Part shown: piece after piece, positions 13,462 through 23,181 of the stretch | Layout of the letters: every line of letters starts with the position of its first letter | How positions within the stretch are numbered: position 1 is the first letter of the stretch | Assembly: GCA_965223415.1 (NCBI GenBank) | Contig: OZ245002.1 | Coordinates: forward strand, 5,536,001 to 5,600,000 | From: Myxococcota bacterium | GTDB taxonomy: Bacteria > Myxococcota_A > UBA9160 > UBA6930 | DNA length: 64,000 nucleotides | Reading direction: 5' to 3' | Notes under the pieces: model-generated | Seen by the model: the letters and a program-made list of their open reading frames with translations, nothing else | Told to the model about the DNA's origin: nothing | Databases searched by the model: none | Position numbers and translations under genes: made by a program

Positions 13462-14304
13462 GTGGACGTACGCAACCTCGCGGGAAAGACCGCCCTCGTG
13501 ACCGGCGCCGCCAGCGGCATCGGGCGGGCCAGCGCCCTGGCCTTCGGGAGACGCGGCGCCGACCTGGTGATCTGCGACCTCGACGAAGCCGGCCTGGCCG
13601 AGACGGAGAAGGAGCTCACCGCCCAGGGGCGATCGGTCCTGGCCCGCCGGGTCGACGTCGCCGACCAGGAGGCGATGGGCGCCTTCGCGGAAGAGGTGGG
13701 GGACGCCTGCGGCGCGGTCGACTTGCTGATGAACAACGCGGGCGTCGGACTGGGCGCCCGCTTCCTCGACACCAGCCTCGAGGATTGGGACTGGATCCTG
13801 GGCATCAACCTGCGCGGCGTGGTCCACGGCTGCCACTTCTTCGTGCCGAAGATGGTGGAGGCGGGCCGCGGCGGGCACGTGGTGAACGTGTCGTCGGCGG
13901 CGGGCTACCTGCCGGGAAGCGTGCTCAGCGCCTACGTGACCACGAAGTACGCCGTGCTCGGGCTCTCCGAAGCCCTCTCCCTCGAGCTGGCGCCCCACCG
14001 CATCGGCGTCACGGCCCTGTGTCCCGGGATCATCGACACGCCGATCACGCGCTCGTCGCCCCTGCGCGGCGCGCTGGAGCGCCAGGGCATGCGGGACGAG
14101 ATGGTGGAGCGCTATCGCCGGCGCGGCTACGGGCCCGAGCGGGTGGCCGAGGGCCTGCTGAAGGCGATCCAGAAGAACCGCACGGTGGCGCCGGTGAGCC
14201 CGGAAGCCTGGATCGGCTACGGGCTGAAGCGCCTGGCGCCGGGCCTGGTGCGCTGGCTCGGGGCCCGGGCGGAGCGGAGCGCCCTGGCAGAGACCGACGC
14301 ATGA
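13462..14304 (+). CDS. SDR-family oxidoreductase
   Basis: TGAASGIG, NNAG, YVTTK (YxxxK). Confidence 0.92.
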   Translation: MDVRNLAGKTALVTGAASGIGRASALAFGRRGADLVICDLDEAGLAETEKELTAQGRSVLARRVDVADQEAMGAFAEEVGDACGAVDLLMNNAGVGLGARFLDTSLEDWDWILGINLRGVVHGCHFFVPKMVEAGRGGHVVNVSSAAGYLPGSVLSAYVTTKYAVLGLSEALSLELAPHRIGVTALCPGIIDTPITRSSPLRGALERQGMRDEMVERYRRRGYGPERVAEGLLKAIQKNRTVAPVSPEAWIGYGLKRLAPGLVRWLGARAERSALAETDA

Positions 14305-16073
14305 GCGAGCCGGTCCTCCTGCCGCGACCGAGGGAGCTCGAGCGCTTCGAGGGTGCGGGCGCCCCGGTGGACGCCACCGTGTTCGAGGCGGAGGAGCGCG
14401 GGCTCCCGCCCCAAGCCTACCGGCTGCGGACCGTGGGAGGACGGATTTCGTTGGCCTACGCGGACGAGGCCGGCCGCCGCTACGCCCACGCCACCCTCGA
14501 GCAGCTGAAACGGAGCGCGGTGGACGGCCAGCTCCCGCCCTACAACGTCCGGGACTGGCCGGACTTCCCGGTCCGCGGCCTCATGCTCGACGTCAGCCGC
14601 GATCGCGTGCCCACCCGCGACACCCTGGCGCGGCTCGTGGACGTCCTCGACCTGCTGCGGCTGAACCACCTCCAGCTCTATACGGAGCACACCTTCGCCT
14701 ACACCGGTCACGAGGCGGTGTGGCAGCACGCGTCGCCGATGACCCGCGACGACGTGGAGTGGCTCGACGCCCTGTGCGCCGAACGCGGCATCGAGCTGGC
14801 CGCGAACCAGAACACCTTCGGTCACATGGCGCGTTGGCTGCGGCATCCGGCCTATCGCGACCTCGCCGAGGCGCCGGAGGGCTTCACCACGAAGTTCGGC
14901 GTCCACCTGCCCGCCGGGGTGCTCGCCCCGACCCAGGAGAACGCGGACTTCGCCCTCGGGCTGTGCCGGGAGCTCCTCGCCCACCACCGGAGCCGGCGGA
15001 TCAACATCGGCTGCGACGAGACCTTCGAGCTGGGCCAGGGCCGGAGCGCCGCGGAGGTGGAAGCCCGGGGGAAGGAGCGGGTGTACCTGGAGCACCTGCT
15101 GCGGCTGGTGCGCGGGCTCCAGGCCGACGGCCGCGAGGTGCTCTTCTGGGGCGACATCCTGCGCGGGCATCCGGAGCTGGCCGCCGAGCTTCCGAAGAAG
15201 GACCTGGTGGCCCTCGCCTGGCACTACGAGGCGCCGATGGACCCGAGCGCCCTGCCCGACTCGCTCTTCGAGGTCCTCTCGGATTTCGGGGTCACCCGGG
15301 ATGCGCTGCGCGGCTTCGAGGGACACGTCGAGGGCTTCGCTCGGGCGGGGGTGCCCTTCTGGGTGTGCCCCGGCACGTCCACCTGGAACACCCTGATCGG
15401 CCGCTTGCGCAACGCACGAGGCAACCTGCTCGACGCGGCCGAGGTCGGTCTCGCGCGGGGCGCCGCCGGCTATCTGGTCACGGACTGGGGAGACAACGGC
15501 CACATGCAGCCGCTCTCGGTGAGCTGGCCGCCGCTCGCCTACGGGGCCGCGGTGAGCTGGTGCGCCTTGACGAATCGCGACGTCGATGTGACGCCGGCCC
15601 TCGACGCCTACGTCTTCGAAGACGAGGCCGGAGTGCTCGGCGGCCTGCTCGAGCGTGCCGGCAACCTCTACGACGCCACGGGCAAGACCGCCATGAACGG
15701 CAGCCCCCTCTTCACGGATCTGCTCACCGGCGGCGGCCTGCTGGGCTCGATGGGAGAGGCCGACCCGGAGCGGACCGCGGCGACCGTCGACGCCCTCGAC
15801 GCCTGCCTGGGAAGCCTCGCCGAGAGCGCCCCGGGGGCGGTGGACGGCGCGGTGGTCCGCCAGGAGCTCGAGGCCGCCCTGCGCCTGGCCCGCCACGGCG
15901 CCTGGCGCATCGCCCGCCTGGCCGGCTTCCCCGGGCGCCCCGGCGACGCGGCGCTCGCCGAAGACCTCCGCGAAGCCATCACCCTTCAACGCGAAGCCTG
16001 GCTCGCCCGCTCCCGGCCCGGCGGTCTCCCCGACAGCCTCGCCCGCCTCGAAGCCACGCTCGCCACGTACTGA
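14301..16073 (+). CDS. Glycoside hydrolase family 20 (beta-N-acetylhexosaminidase-like)
   Basis: DWPDFPVRGLMLDVSR, NIGCDETFELG, TDWGDNGH; ATGA overlap with the SDR gene. Confidence 0.87.
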   Translation: MSEPVLLPRPRELERFEGAGAPVDATVFEAEERGLPPQAYRLRTVGGRISLAYADEAGRRYAHATLEQLKRSAVDGQLPPYNVRDWPDFPVRGLMLDVSRDRVPTRDTLARLVDVLDLLRLNHLQLYTEHTFAYTGHEAVWQHASPMTRDDVEWLDALCAERGIELAANQNTFGHMARWLRHPAYRDLAEAPEGFTTKFGVHLPAGVLAPTQENADFALGLCRELLAHHRSRRINIGCDETFELGQGRSAAEVEARGKERVYLEHLLRLVRGLQADGREVLFWGDILRGHPELAAELPKKDLVALAWHYEAPMDPSALPDSLFEVLSDFGVTRDALRGFEGHVEGFARAGVPFWVCPGTSTWNTLIGRLRNARGNLLDAAEVGLARGAAGYLVTDWGDNGHMQPLSVSWPPLAYGAAVSWCALTNRDVDVTPALDAYVFEDEAGVLGGLLERAGNLYDATGKTAMNGSPLFTDLLTGGGLLGSMGEADPERTAATVDALDACLGSLAESAPGAVDGAVVRQELEAALRLARHGAWRIARLAGFPGRPGDAALAEDLREAITLQREAWLARSRPGGLPDSLARLEATLATY

Positions 16074-16135
16074 ACGCCGCGAGGGTGGACCCACCTGAAC
16101 GCACCCCAGGTGCGCGCTCAGGAGCGTCCCCGCTG

Positions 16136-17551
16136 TTATGTGCGGAACTTGGACAGGAGCGGAGGGGCGGCTTCGAGCAGAGTGGCGCGGAGGTGGGCGA
16201 CGAGGCGCTCGCGGGATTCGCGGCGGCCGATCGGGACGAGGTGGCTGCCGGGGGTCCAGTGGATGGCGGGGCGGTCCCAGTGCTCCCAGAGGGCGTGGGC
16301 CTGCGCGGGCGGGCAGATGCGGTCGGCCCGGGCGGCGATGATGAGCCGCGCCTCCGGCGCGACCCGGGGCGTGTGGGTCAAGGGGGAATGGGGCGCCCAG
16401 GCGTCGCGCCAGACATCGGCGCCCACGCCCGCCGCCTCTCGCGCCCGCCGCGCGGCGGCGCCCTGATCCTGCTCGAGCAGATCGTGCAGCGCGACCAGCG
16501 GAATGGACGGCACGGCACAGGCCAGCCCCGCGTCGAGCGACGCCCACAGGGCGGCCAGGTAACCTCCGAGGCTCATGCCGTAGACACCGACGGCGGGCGC
16601 GCCCTGCTGGCGCAGCCAACCGGACAGCCGTCGCAGCTCCCAGATCGCCTGGCCGAAGGCGGCGTTCGTCTCCAGCGGGTGCGCATCCAGGAAGCCGGCA
16701 CCGGAGCGACGACCGCTGGCCCGGGGGCCATGCAGGGGCAACGTCGGCACCGCCACGTCCAGCCCGAGCTCCCGGTGGAGGCGCTCCACCTCGAAGGCAC
16801 GGGCGTCCCAGGCGATCCGACCCATGCCGTAGCCGTGCAGGCAGACGAGCGTCGGCCGCGGCCGATCGCCGTGACGCCACAGGTGGACGTGGGCCGTCCG
16901 ATTCGCCGCCGCAGCGAGGTAGCGATCGCGGATCTCCGGATCCCGCGGCACGTACTCGCTCTCGAAGCGCAGGCACTCGGCCTGTCCGGCGCCCCACACC
17001 CGCGCCGGCGCGAGGGTGGCCTTCTCCAGGGCCGGGGGCCGCGGGTGCCCGAGGGCCGGATCGTCGACGGTGCCGTCGGCGCGATGGCGCAGGGCGGCGG
17101 CCTGCAGGTCCTCGGCCACAAGGTCCGGAGCCGGCGGCGGCGAGGCCAGGGCCGTGACCGCCCACAGGAGCCGGAGGCCCTCGTCGGTCGCCACCGCGGC
17201 CTGGGTCGCCAGGGACAGGGGATCGGGCAGCTCGACGCCTTCCGGCAGGGGCTCGTGGAAGAGGGACGCCTGGGCCCCGGTTCCGATCACCACCAGCCCG
17301 AGCAGCCCCACGAGCGCACCGGCGGCCAGGGACCCGGCCACTGCCCAGGCGACGCCGAGGAGCAACATCGCCCCGCCCGCGGCGAGGATCCAAGGCGGCA
17401 GCCGCCGGCCCTCGCCCTGGGCGAGCCGCGCCGCCAGCACCACGAGCCCGAGCGAGAGCGCACAGGCCGCGGCACCCGCGACGGCTCCCAGGGTGAGTCC
17501 GGTCGTCGCGAGGACGGCCGCGACGCCGGCCAGGATCCAGGCTCGCATCAT
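16136..17551 (-). CDS. Membrane-anchored alpha/beta hydrolase
   Basis: N-terminal TM helices; LHGY, LPLHGPR, GMSLGG nucleophile elbow, ADRIC, PGSH. Confidence 0.8.
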   Translation of the reverse strand: MMRAWILAGVAAVLATTGLTLGAVAGAAACALSLGLVVLAARLAQGEGRRLPPWILAAGGAMLLLGVAWAVAGSLAAGALVGLLGLVVIGTGAQASLFHEPLPEGVELPDPLSLATQAAVATDEGLRLLWAVTALASPPPAPDLVAEDLQAAALRHRADGTVDDPALGHPRPPALEKATLAPARVWGAGQAECLRFESEYVPRDPEIRDRYLAAAANRTAHVHLWRHGDRPRPTLVCLHGYGMGRIAWDARAFEVERLHRELGLDVAVPTLPLHGPRASGRRSGAGFLDAHPLETNAAFGQAIWELRRLSGWLRQQGAPAVGVYGMSLGGYLAALWASLDAGLACAVPSIPLVALHDLLEQDQGAAARRAREAAGVGADVWRDAWAPHSPLTHTPRVAPEARLIIAARADRICPPAQAHALWEHWDRPAIHWTPGSHLVPIGRRESRERLVAHLRATLLEAAPPLLSKFRT

Positions 17552-18150
17552 CAGAGCGGTCCCCCCGCGTCGGCCGCCGCGGAGGATGCCGTGGCGAGCT
17601 CGCCGGGCGCGGCGCTCCCCTCGATCTCCGTCCCCTCGAGCAGCCGCGCCTCTGCGTTGGCCAAGGTGATCCCGGGAACCAACGCGCGAAGGACGCCCAT
17701 GTGCGTCACCACCCCGAGCAGCCCGCTGGAACAGCGGGCCCGTGCCCGCGCGAGCGCCGCGAGGGCCCGCGCGCGCACCTCGCGACGGGTCTCGCCGCCA
17801 CCGGGGCGAACGTCCCAGTCGCCGCCGCGCACCCGCTCCACCAGATCCGGATGAAGGGCGAGCAGCTCGGCGTGCGGGCGAGCGCTCCAGCTGCCCACGT
17901 CCATCTCGCGCAGATCCGGCTCGAGCCAGGGCGTGAGCCCGAGCCGCTCCGCCAGGATGTCGGCGGTCTGCCGAGCGCGAGCCAGGTCGCTCGTCACGAG
18001 CGCGGCGACGCCGCGCCCCGCGAGCGCATCAGCCAGCCGTTGCGCCTGCTCCCGACCCCGCGGCGTCAGCGGCGCATCGGCCTGGCCCTGCCACACGCGG
18101 GCGGCGTTCATCGTGGATTCACCGTGACGGATCGCGAGCAGGGGCTCCAT
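17551..18150 (-). CDS. Histidine phosphatase family protein
   Basis: IRHGES, SDLARARQT, LREMDVG, VTHMG. Confidence 0.88.
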   Translation of the reverse strand: MEPLLAIRHGESTMNAARVWQGQADAPLTPRGREQAQRLADALAGRGVAALVTSDLARARQTADILAERLGLTPWLEPDLREMDVGSWSARPHAELLALHPDLVERVRGGDWDVRPGGGETRREVRARALAALARARARCSSGLLGVVTHMGVLRALVPGITLANAEARLLEGTEIEGSAAPGELATASSAAADAGGPL

Positions 18151-18213
18151 GCGCGCCCGAGGGTAGCGGCTCGCGACGCAGGGGTAGGCCTCGCGCCGGG
18201 CGCGGCCCACCGC

Positions 18214-19512
18214 TCACTTCGCCGGCGCGCGCTCCCGGATCCGGTCCGCCGTCGCGCGCACATCGGGATGGCCGGCGAGCCAGGCCTCGAGGTCCGGATA
18301 GTGACGTACCGGCGCGCGCCCGAGGAGCCAGCGACGCCCCGCCTCCTCCAATCCGCGCTCCACCAGCACCCGCGAACCGTTGCGTGCGACGCTCACGCCC
18401 GGCGCGAGCCGCGCCTCCGCGCGCTCCCGCAGCGCGGGCTCGAGGGCGCCGGCAGCTTCGGGGCTTCGCAGCAGGAAGAGCCAAGCCCACACGTCGCCCT
18501 GGGGACAGGCCAGCAACCAGGCCCGATCGGCCCGCCATGCGCCGGCGGCGTCCGCGGCGCGTGGCGTGCCGTCGAACCAGGCCTCGAGGCCAATCGCTCC
18601 GAAGCTGCTGCTCGAGCGCGTGCGGCAGTCCGCATCCGGAGCGAAGGCGCCCTCGGGAGCCTCGATCTCATCGCGCCCGGCGAGGCCGCGCTCCGGGTGG
18701 AGGAGTGCAACGCTGGTGAGGGGCGGCTCGCGCAGCAGCCTTGCGCGGCCCGCATCGCCTTGCGCGTCCTGCACCCCGCTCACCCAGCGATAGCCGAGCG
18801 GATACGGCCGCAGGAACATGGCGCGCAGCCAGGGGGAGCCCTCCGGCAGCGCAGCCTCCACGTCGATCTCGAAGTGCCGCGCCCAGACCTCCGCGTCGGG
18901 CATGGGGGTGCCGCGGCTCCGCTCCGCGTCGCGGTGCTCGGTCCAGAGGGCGTCGCCCTCGAGGACCGCGGACCATGCGAAGGCGACGTCGTCGAAGCCC
19001 TCCAGCCCCAGGCTCAGGTCGGGAAGCGGGGAGTGGGCGGCCTGGAAGGCGTGGGCCAGCTCGTGGACCAGCACCCGGGCGACGGCCGGCCGGGCCAGCG
19101 CCGCGGCCTTGCGCCCGCCGCCCCGGGCCACCACGTAGAGTCGTCGATCGATCGCGGTGAAGTAGCCCGCGACCGAGTGGGCCTGCAGCTCGAGCAGCTG
19201 GGTCCAGGGATCGGCGTCCGGCGCGATCAGGCCCAGGGCCCGCAGGAGCGCCGTGGTCGCCTCCCGTTGCTCCGGCGCCACCACCCGGTCCATCTCCCAC
19301 TCGATGCGCCCGCGCACGGCGGCCGGCGCGAGGAGCCGCACCTCGACGGCCGGGGCGCGCTCGACCCCGCGCGCCCGCCGGACCCGTTCCAGGTAGGGCG
19401 CGAGGACGTCCGGGGACAGCAGACCCGGCGTCGCGCAGGCCGCCAGCAGGAAGCACGCGACGAGCGCGGCCCGCCGGCCGCGCGCGCGCCCCCCCCTGCC
19501 CCGCTCCCCCAT
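18214..19512 (-). CDS. Putative lipoprotein, HExxH metallopeptidase-like
   Basis: LAAC lipobox; VAGYF, HELAHAFQ, downstream EGDA. Confidence 0.65.
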   Translation of the reverse strand: MGERGRGGRARGRRAALVACFLLAACATPGLLSPDVLAPYLERVRRARGVERAPAVEVRLLAPAAVRGRIEWEMDRVVAPEQREATTALLRALGLIAPDADPWTQLLELQAHSVAGYFTAIDRRLYVVARGGGRKAAALARPAVARVLVHELAHAFQAAHSPLPDLSLGLEGFDDVAFAWSAVLEGDALWTEHRDAERSRGTPMPDAEVWARHFEIDVEAALPEGSPWLRAMFLRPYPLGYRWVSGVQDAQGDAGRARLLREPPLTSVALLHPERGLAGRDEIEAPEGAFAPDADCRTRSSSSFGAIGLEAWFDGTPRAADAAGAWRADRAWLLACPQGDVWAWLFLLRSPEAAGALEPALRERAEARLAPGVSVARNGSRVLVERGLEEAGRRWLLGRAPVRHYPDLEAWLAGHPDVRATADRIRERAPAK

Positions 19513-19611
19513 CGCGCAACCGTGACAAATCTCCCCTCGAGGCGCCCGGCAGCGGGCCGGCCGGGAGAACCCGTGCCACGTCGCCGGACGCGCCGCCACT
19601 TCCTCTGACGG

Positions 19612-19914
19612 ATGCGATCCCCCCTCCCGAAGCGGCGCGCCTTCGACCACCTCCACGTCGAGCTCTCGGTGGCGACGGGCGTGGCCCTGCCCCGCTACGA
19701 CCTCTGGCTCTGCCTGCGCGAGGCCGGGCGCGACCCGGAGCTGCTCTCCCGGCGCGAGCTGCTCGCCGCCGTGGACGGCGAGATCGCGGGCTTCCTGGGC
19801 GAACGGGGCCTCGACCTCCCTCCCCGCCGGAACCGGGTCCTTCGCCGGCGCCTGCGACGCTACGACCCGGAGCTGCCGTCGCCGGAGGAGCGGCTCGCCG
19901 CCTGGCTGGAGTAG
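19612..19914 (+). CDS. Hypothetical protein
   Basis: 100-aa ORF with GC3-rich codons filling the gap. Confidence 0.55.
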   Translation: MRSPLPKRRAFDHLHVELSVATGVALPRYDLWLCLREAGRDPELLSRRELLAAVDGEIAGFLGERGLDLPPRRNRVLRRRLRRYDPELPSPEERLAAWLE

Positions 19915-20071
19915 GCCACCGCCGGAGCCCGAGCTGCCCGAGGAACGTCGGGCGCGTCGACCGACCGTTGCACCCGGACGATGGCAGGCCGCCGGTTTGC
20001 TGCCGGTCGCGGCGGCTCACTTTCCCGACACCGTTTCGTGGGCCGCGGCCACTCCCTAGCGAGGAGGAGCC

Positions 20072-20809
20072 GTGGACCCCGTCGCCCGCGACCCCGTCAT
20101 CCTGCGCGAGGATCCCCTGTCCCCGGCCGTCTCGGGCCTGGGCGAGCGGCTCGAGCGGCTCGGCTTCGCGCTGGCGCGGGTGTCCGAGGAGGCCGAGCTG
20201 CGGACCCAGCTCGCGCGATGCCAGGGGCCCCAGGCCCTGCTCCTGAACACCTCGCTCTCGGCCGCGGAGATCGCCGATTCCCTCGCTGTCGCCTCCGGAG
20301 CGCTGCGCAGCGGCCGGGTGACGGCCCTGGCCGTGGGCCAGGATCCGGCCGTCGCCACGCGCGAGGCCCTCCAGGGCGGCGGCGTCACCCTCGCGGCCCT
20401 GGGCCCGGTCGACGATTCCACCCTTCGCTTCCAGGTGAACCGCGCCTTCCTCGGCGCGCGCGAGGCGGGCCAGGCCCGCGTGGAGGTGCGCGCGCCCTGG
20501 GACGCTCCGGTGAGGCTGCGCAGCCAGGGAGGAGAGCACGCCGCCCGGCTCTACAACCTCTCGCAACACGGAGCCTTCCTCGAGCTCGTGCGCCCCCTGG
20601 CCGAGAGCAGCCCGGTGGACCTCGAGCTGCCGCTCGAATCGGGGCCCACCCGGATTCCCGGCCAGGTGGTGCGCCGAAACGCTCCTGGCTACCAGCGGCA
20701 GCGCCGGGCTCCGATCGGCATCGGAGTGCACTTCGACCCACTCCCGGAGGAGGTCCAGGCCGAGCTGGACGCGGCCGTCGCGAGCCGCAGCGAGCGCCTG
20801 CTCCTCTAG
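20072..20809 (+). CDS. PilZ domain protein with a degenerate receiver-like N-terminus
   Basis: RVEVR (RxxxR) and NLSQHG (N/DxSxxG) c-di-GMP motifs; GAGGAG RBS. Confidence 0.78.
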   Translation: MDPVARDPVILREDPLSPAVSGLGERLERLGFALARVSEEAELRTQLARCQGPQALLLNTSLSAAEIADSLAVASGALRSGRVTALAVGQDPAVATREALQGGGVTLAALGPVDDSTLRFQVNRAFLGAREAGQARVEVRAPWDAPVRLRSQGGEHAARLYNLSQHGAFLELVRPLAESSPVDLELPLESGPTRIPGQVVRRNAPGYQRQRRAPIGIGVHFDPLPEEVQAELDAAVASRSERLLL

Positions 20810-20856
20810 GCCGGGGGCCGCGAAGACCTCCTCCGCGAGGCAGCGGGAGGCCGAGC

Positions 20857-21450
20857 CTAGAGCCGCGCCAGCGCCGGCCCCAGGCCCCGCAGCGCCCGAC
20901 CCCGGTGGGAGAGCGCGTGCTTCGCCGCGGGCTCGAGCTCGGCCAGGCTCACCGCGTGGCCGTCGGGCTGGAAGACGGGGTCGTAGCCGAAGCCGCCGCT
21001 GCCGCGCGGCGCCTCGAGGATGACCCCCGGGCACTCGCCGCGGCGCACCTCGCAGCCGCCACCGGGCCGGGCGAGCGCCGCCACGCAGACGAAACGGGCC
21101 CGCCGCGACGCGCCGGACCGGGCCGCCAGGGCATCGAGCAGCGCCCGGAACCGGCCCGCATCGTCGAGCTCGGGTCCGCCGAAGCGGGCAGAGAGAGGAC
21201 CCGGTGCGCCGTCCAGGCCCTCGACCTCGAGGCCCGAGTCGTCCGCCAACGCGGGCAGGCCGGCGACCCGCGCCACGGTCTCGGCCTTGGCCCGGGCGTT
21301 GGCCTCGTAGTCGGTCCCTTCCTCGGGAAGGGCGCGAAGCTCGTCGGCGGTGGCGATGCGCAGCACCACCGGCACCTCGCTCAGCAGCGCCTCGAACTCG
21401 CGGAGCTTTCCCGGATTGCCGCTGGCGAGCACCACCGCGGGACAGGCCAC
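20857..21450 (-). CDS. rdgB: Non-canonical purine NTP pyrophosphatase (RdgB/HAM1)
   Basis: LASGNPGK, ADDSGLEV, GFGYDPVF, SHRGRA; follows rph. Confidence 0.93.
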   Translation of the reverse strand: MACPAVVLASGNPGKLREFEALLSEVPVVLRIATADELRALPEEGTDYEANARAKAETVARVAGLPALADDSGLEVEGLDGAPGPLSARFGGPELDDAGRFRALLDALAARSGASRRARFVCVAALARPGGGCEVRRGECPGVILEAPRGSGGFGYDPVFQPDGHAVSLAELEPAAKHALSHRGRALRGLGPALARL

Positions 21451-21455
21451 GGCGA

Positions 21456-22196
21456 CTAGCCCTCCTTCACGCCCGCCGCCTCCAGAGCCTCGCGCTGGCG
21501 AAGGGCGAGCTCGGCGATCCCGCGGAGGGCGAGATCGGTCAGCTGGTCCAGCTCCTCCCGGCTGAAGGTGGTGCCCTCGCCGGTGCCCTGCACCTCCGCG
21601 AGGCGGCCGCTTCCGGTGGCCACGACGTTCATGTCGACCTCCGCCCGGGCGTCTTCCTCGTAGGGGAGGTCGAGCAGCACGCGGCCGTCGACCAGGCCGA
21701 CCGAGACCGCGGCGATCGAGTCCAGGAGCGGGCTCCGATCCACCGCACCCCGTCGCTGCAGGCGGTGACAGGCCAGGGCCAGGGCCGTGTAGGCGCCGGT
21801 GATCGACGCCGTGCGGGTGCCGCCATCGGCCTGGAGCACGTCGCAGTCGACCCACAGGGTGCGTTCGCCCAGGGCCTTGGTGTCCACCACCGAGCGCAGG
21901 CTGCGACCGATCAGTCGCTGGATTTCGAGGGTGCGGCCGCCCTGCTTGCCCTTCGCCGCCTCGCGGTCGGTTCGCGTATCGGTCGAGCCCGGGAGCAGCG
22001 AGTACTCGGCGGTCACCCAACCCTTTCCGACCCCCTTGAGGAAGCGGGGCACGGTCTCTTCGCTGCAGACGGTGCACAACACCTTGGTCGCACCGAACTC
22101 GCACAGCACCGAGGCCAGCGGGTTCTGCGTGAAATCGGTGATCAGTCGGACGGGACGGAGCTCGTCCGCCGCGCGTCCGTCCATGCGCTTGGCCAT
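21456..22196 (-). CDS. rph: Ribonuclease PH
   Basis: [47 protein letters not shown]. Confidence 0.96.
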   Translation of the reverse strand: MAKRMDGRAADELRPVRLITDFTQNPLASVLCEFGATKVLCTVCSEETVPRFLKGVGKGWVTAEYSLLPGSTDTRTDREAAKGKQGGRTLEIQRLIGRSLRSVVDTKALGERTLWVDCDVLQADGGTRTASITGAYTALALACHRLQRRGAVDRSPLLDSIAAVSVGLVDGRVLLDLPYEEDARAEVDMNVVATGSGRLAEVQGTGEGTTFSREELDQLTDLALRGIAELALRQREALEAAGVKEG

Positions 22197-22248
22197 GCTA
22201 CCCCCCGCCTACCCTTGGTGGCTTCCGACGGCCGGGTCGGCGTCCCCG

Positions 22249-23049
22249 CTACCGGATGCGGCGCTCGCTCTCGCTTCGGGCGACGCCGCGCCGCGCATCG
22301 TAGCGCGCCCGGTAGGCGGCGACGGCCTCGGCGATCCCGCGGGCCAGGCGCTCGCGTTCGTCCTCGGCCTGGAGGGCCCGCTCGTCGGCCGGATGGGTGA
22401 GGAAGCCGATCTCCACCAGCACCGCGGGCATACGCACGCCCATCAGCACGACGAAGGGAGCCTGCTTCACGCCGCGGGAGCGCGCGGCCTCGGCGGTGGC
22501 GATGTTGTGCTGGGTGAGCCGCGCGAACTCCTGGGAGAGGGTGAGCTGCTCGGTGGCGGCCATGTCGCCGAGGATGGCGAGCACCGGATCGTCGGCGGCC
22601 GGCGGCGTGGCGTCCTCCCCGAAGGCCAGGTTCTCGGCCCGGGCCAGCTCGAGCGCGGCCTGGTCGGTCGCCTCCGGGGAGGCAAAAAAGGTCTCGATGC
22701 CCCGCGCGCCCCTGTAGGCGGAGGCATTGGCGTGGATCGAGATGAAGAGATCGGCCTCCGCCCCATTGGCGCGCTCGGTCCGGCCCTCCAAGGGGACGAA
22801 GCGATCCTGCTCGCGGGTCATCACCACCTGGAGGCCGTCGGCGCGCAGGCGCCGCTCCACCCGCTTCGCCACGTCGAGCACCACGTCCTTCTCGACCAGG
22901 CCCCCGCGGCCGCGGGCGCCGTGATCGTCGCCTCCGTGACCGGCGTCGACGACCACCACGTCGAACCGGTCCGCCTCCGCGGCGAAGCCCGGGCACGCCA
23001 GCGCGGCGGCCCACAGCAACGCGCACCCGATGCGCATCCACCTCGACAC
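22249..23049 (-). CDS. N-acetylmuramoyl-L-alanine amidase (Amidase_3)
   Basis: VDAGHGG, EKDVVL, ISIHAN, PAVLVEIGF; signal peptide. Confidence 0.9.
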   Translation of the reverse strand: MSRWMRIGCALLWAAALACPGFAAEADRFDVVVVDAGHGGDDHGARGRGGLVEKDVVLDVAKRVERRLRADGLQVVMTREQDRFVPLEGRTERANGAEADLFISIHANASAYRGARGIETFFASPEATDQAALELARAENLAFGEDATPPAADDPVLAILGDMAATEQLTLSQEFARLTQHNIATAEAARSRGVKQAPFVVLMGVRMPAVLVEIGFLTHPADERALQAEDERERLARGIAEAVAAYRARYDARRGVARSESERRIR

Positions 23050-23181
23050 GAAACACCCCCTGGGCCGCGAACGTATCAAAGGCGGCGCGGGCAGCGAGTC
23101 AGGCCCGACCGAGCGCCCTGGCGGCGACGAGAGAGGACCTCCAGCATGCCGGTCACGGGTCGCTTCCGTACTCTCGATCCG

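Noticed and set aside
16080..16135. Imperfect hairpin between GH20 and the hydrolase gene
   Set aside because: Short and irregular; adequately explained as a terminator between convergent genes.
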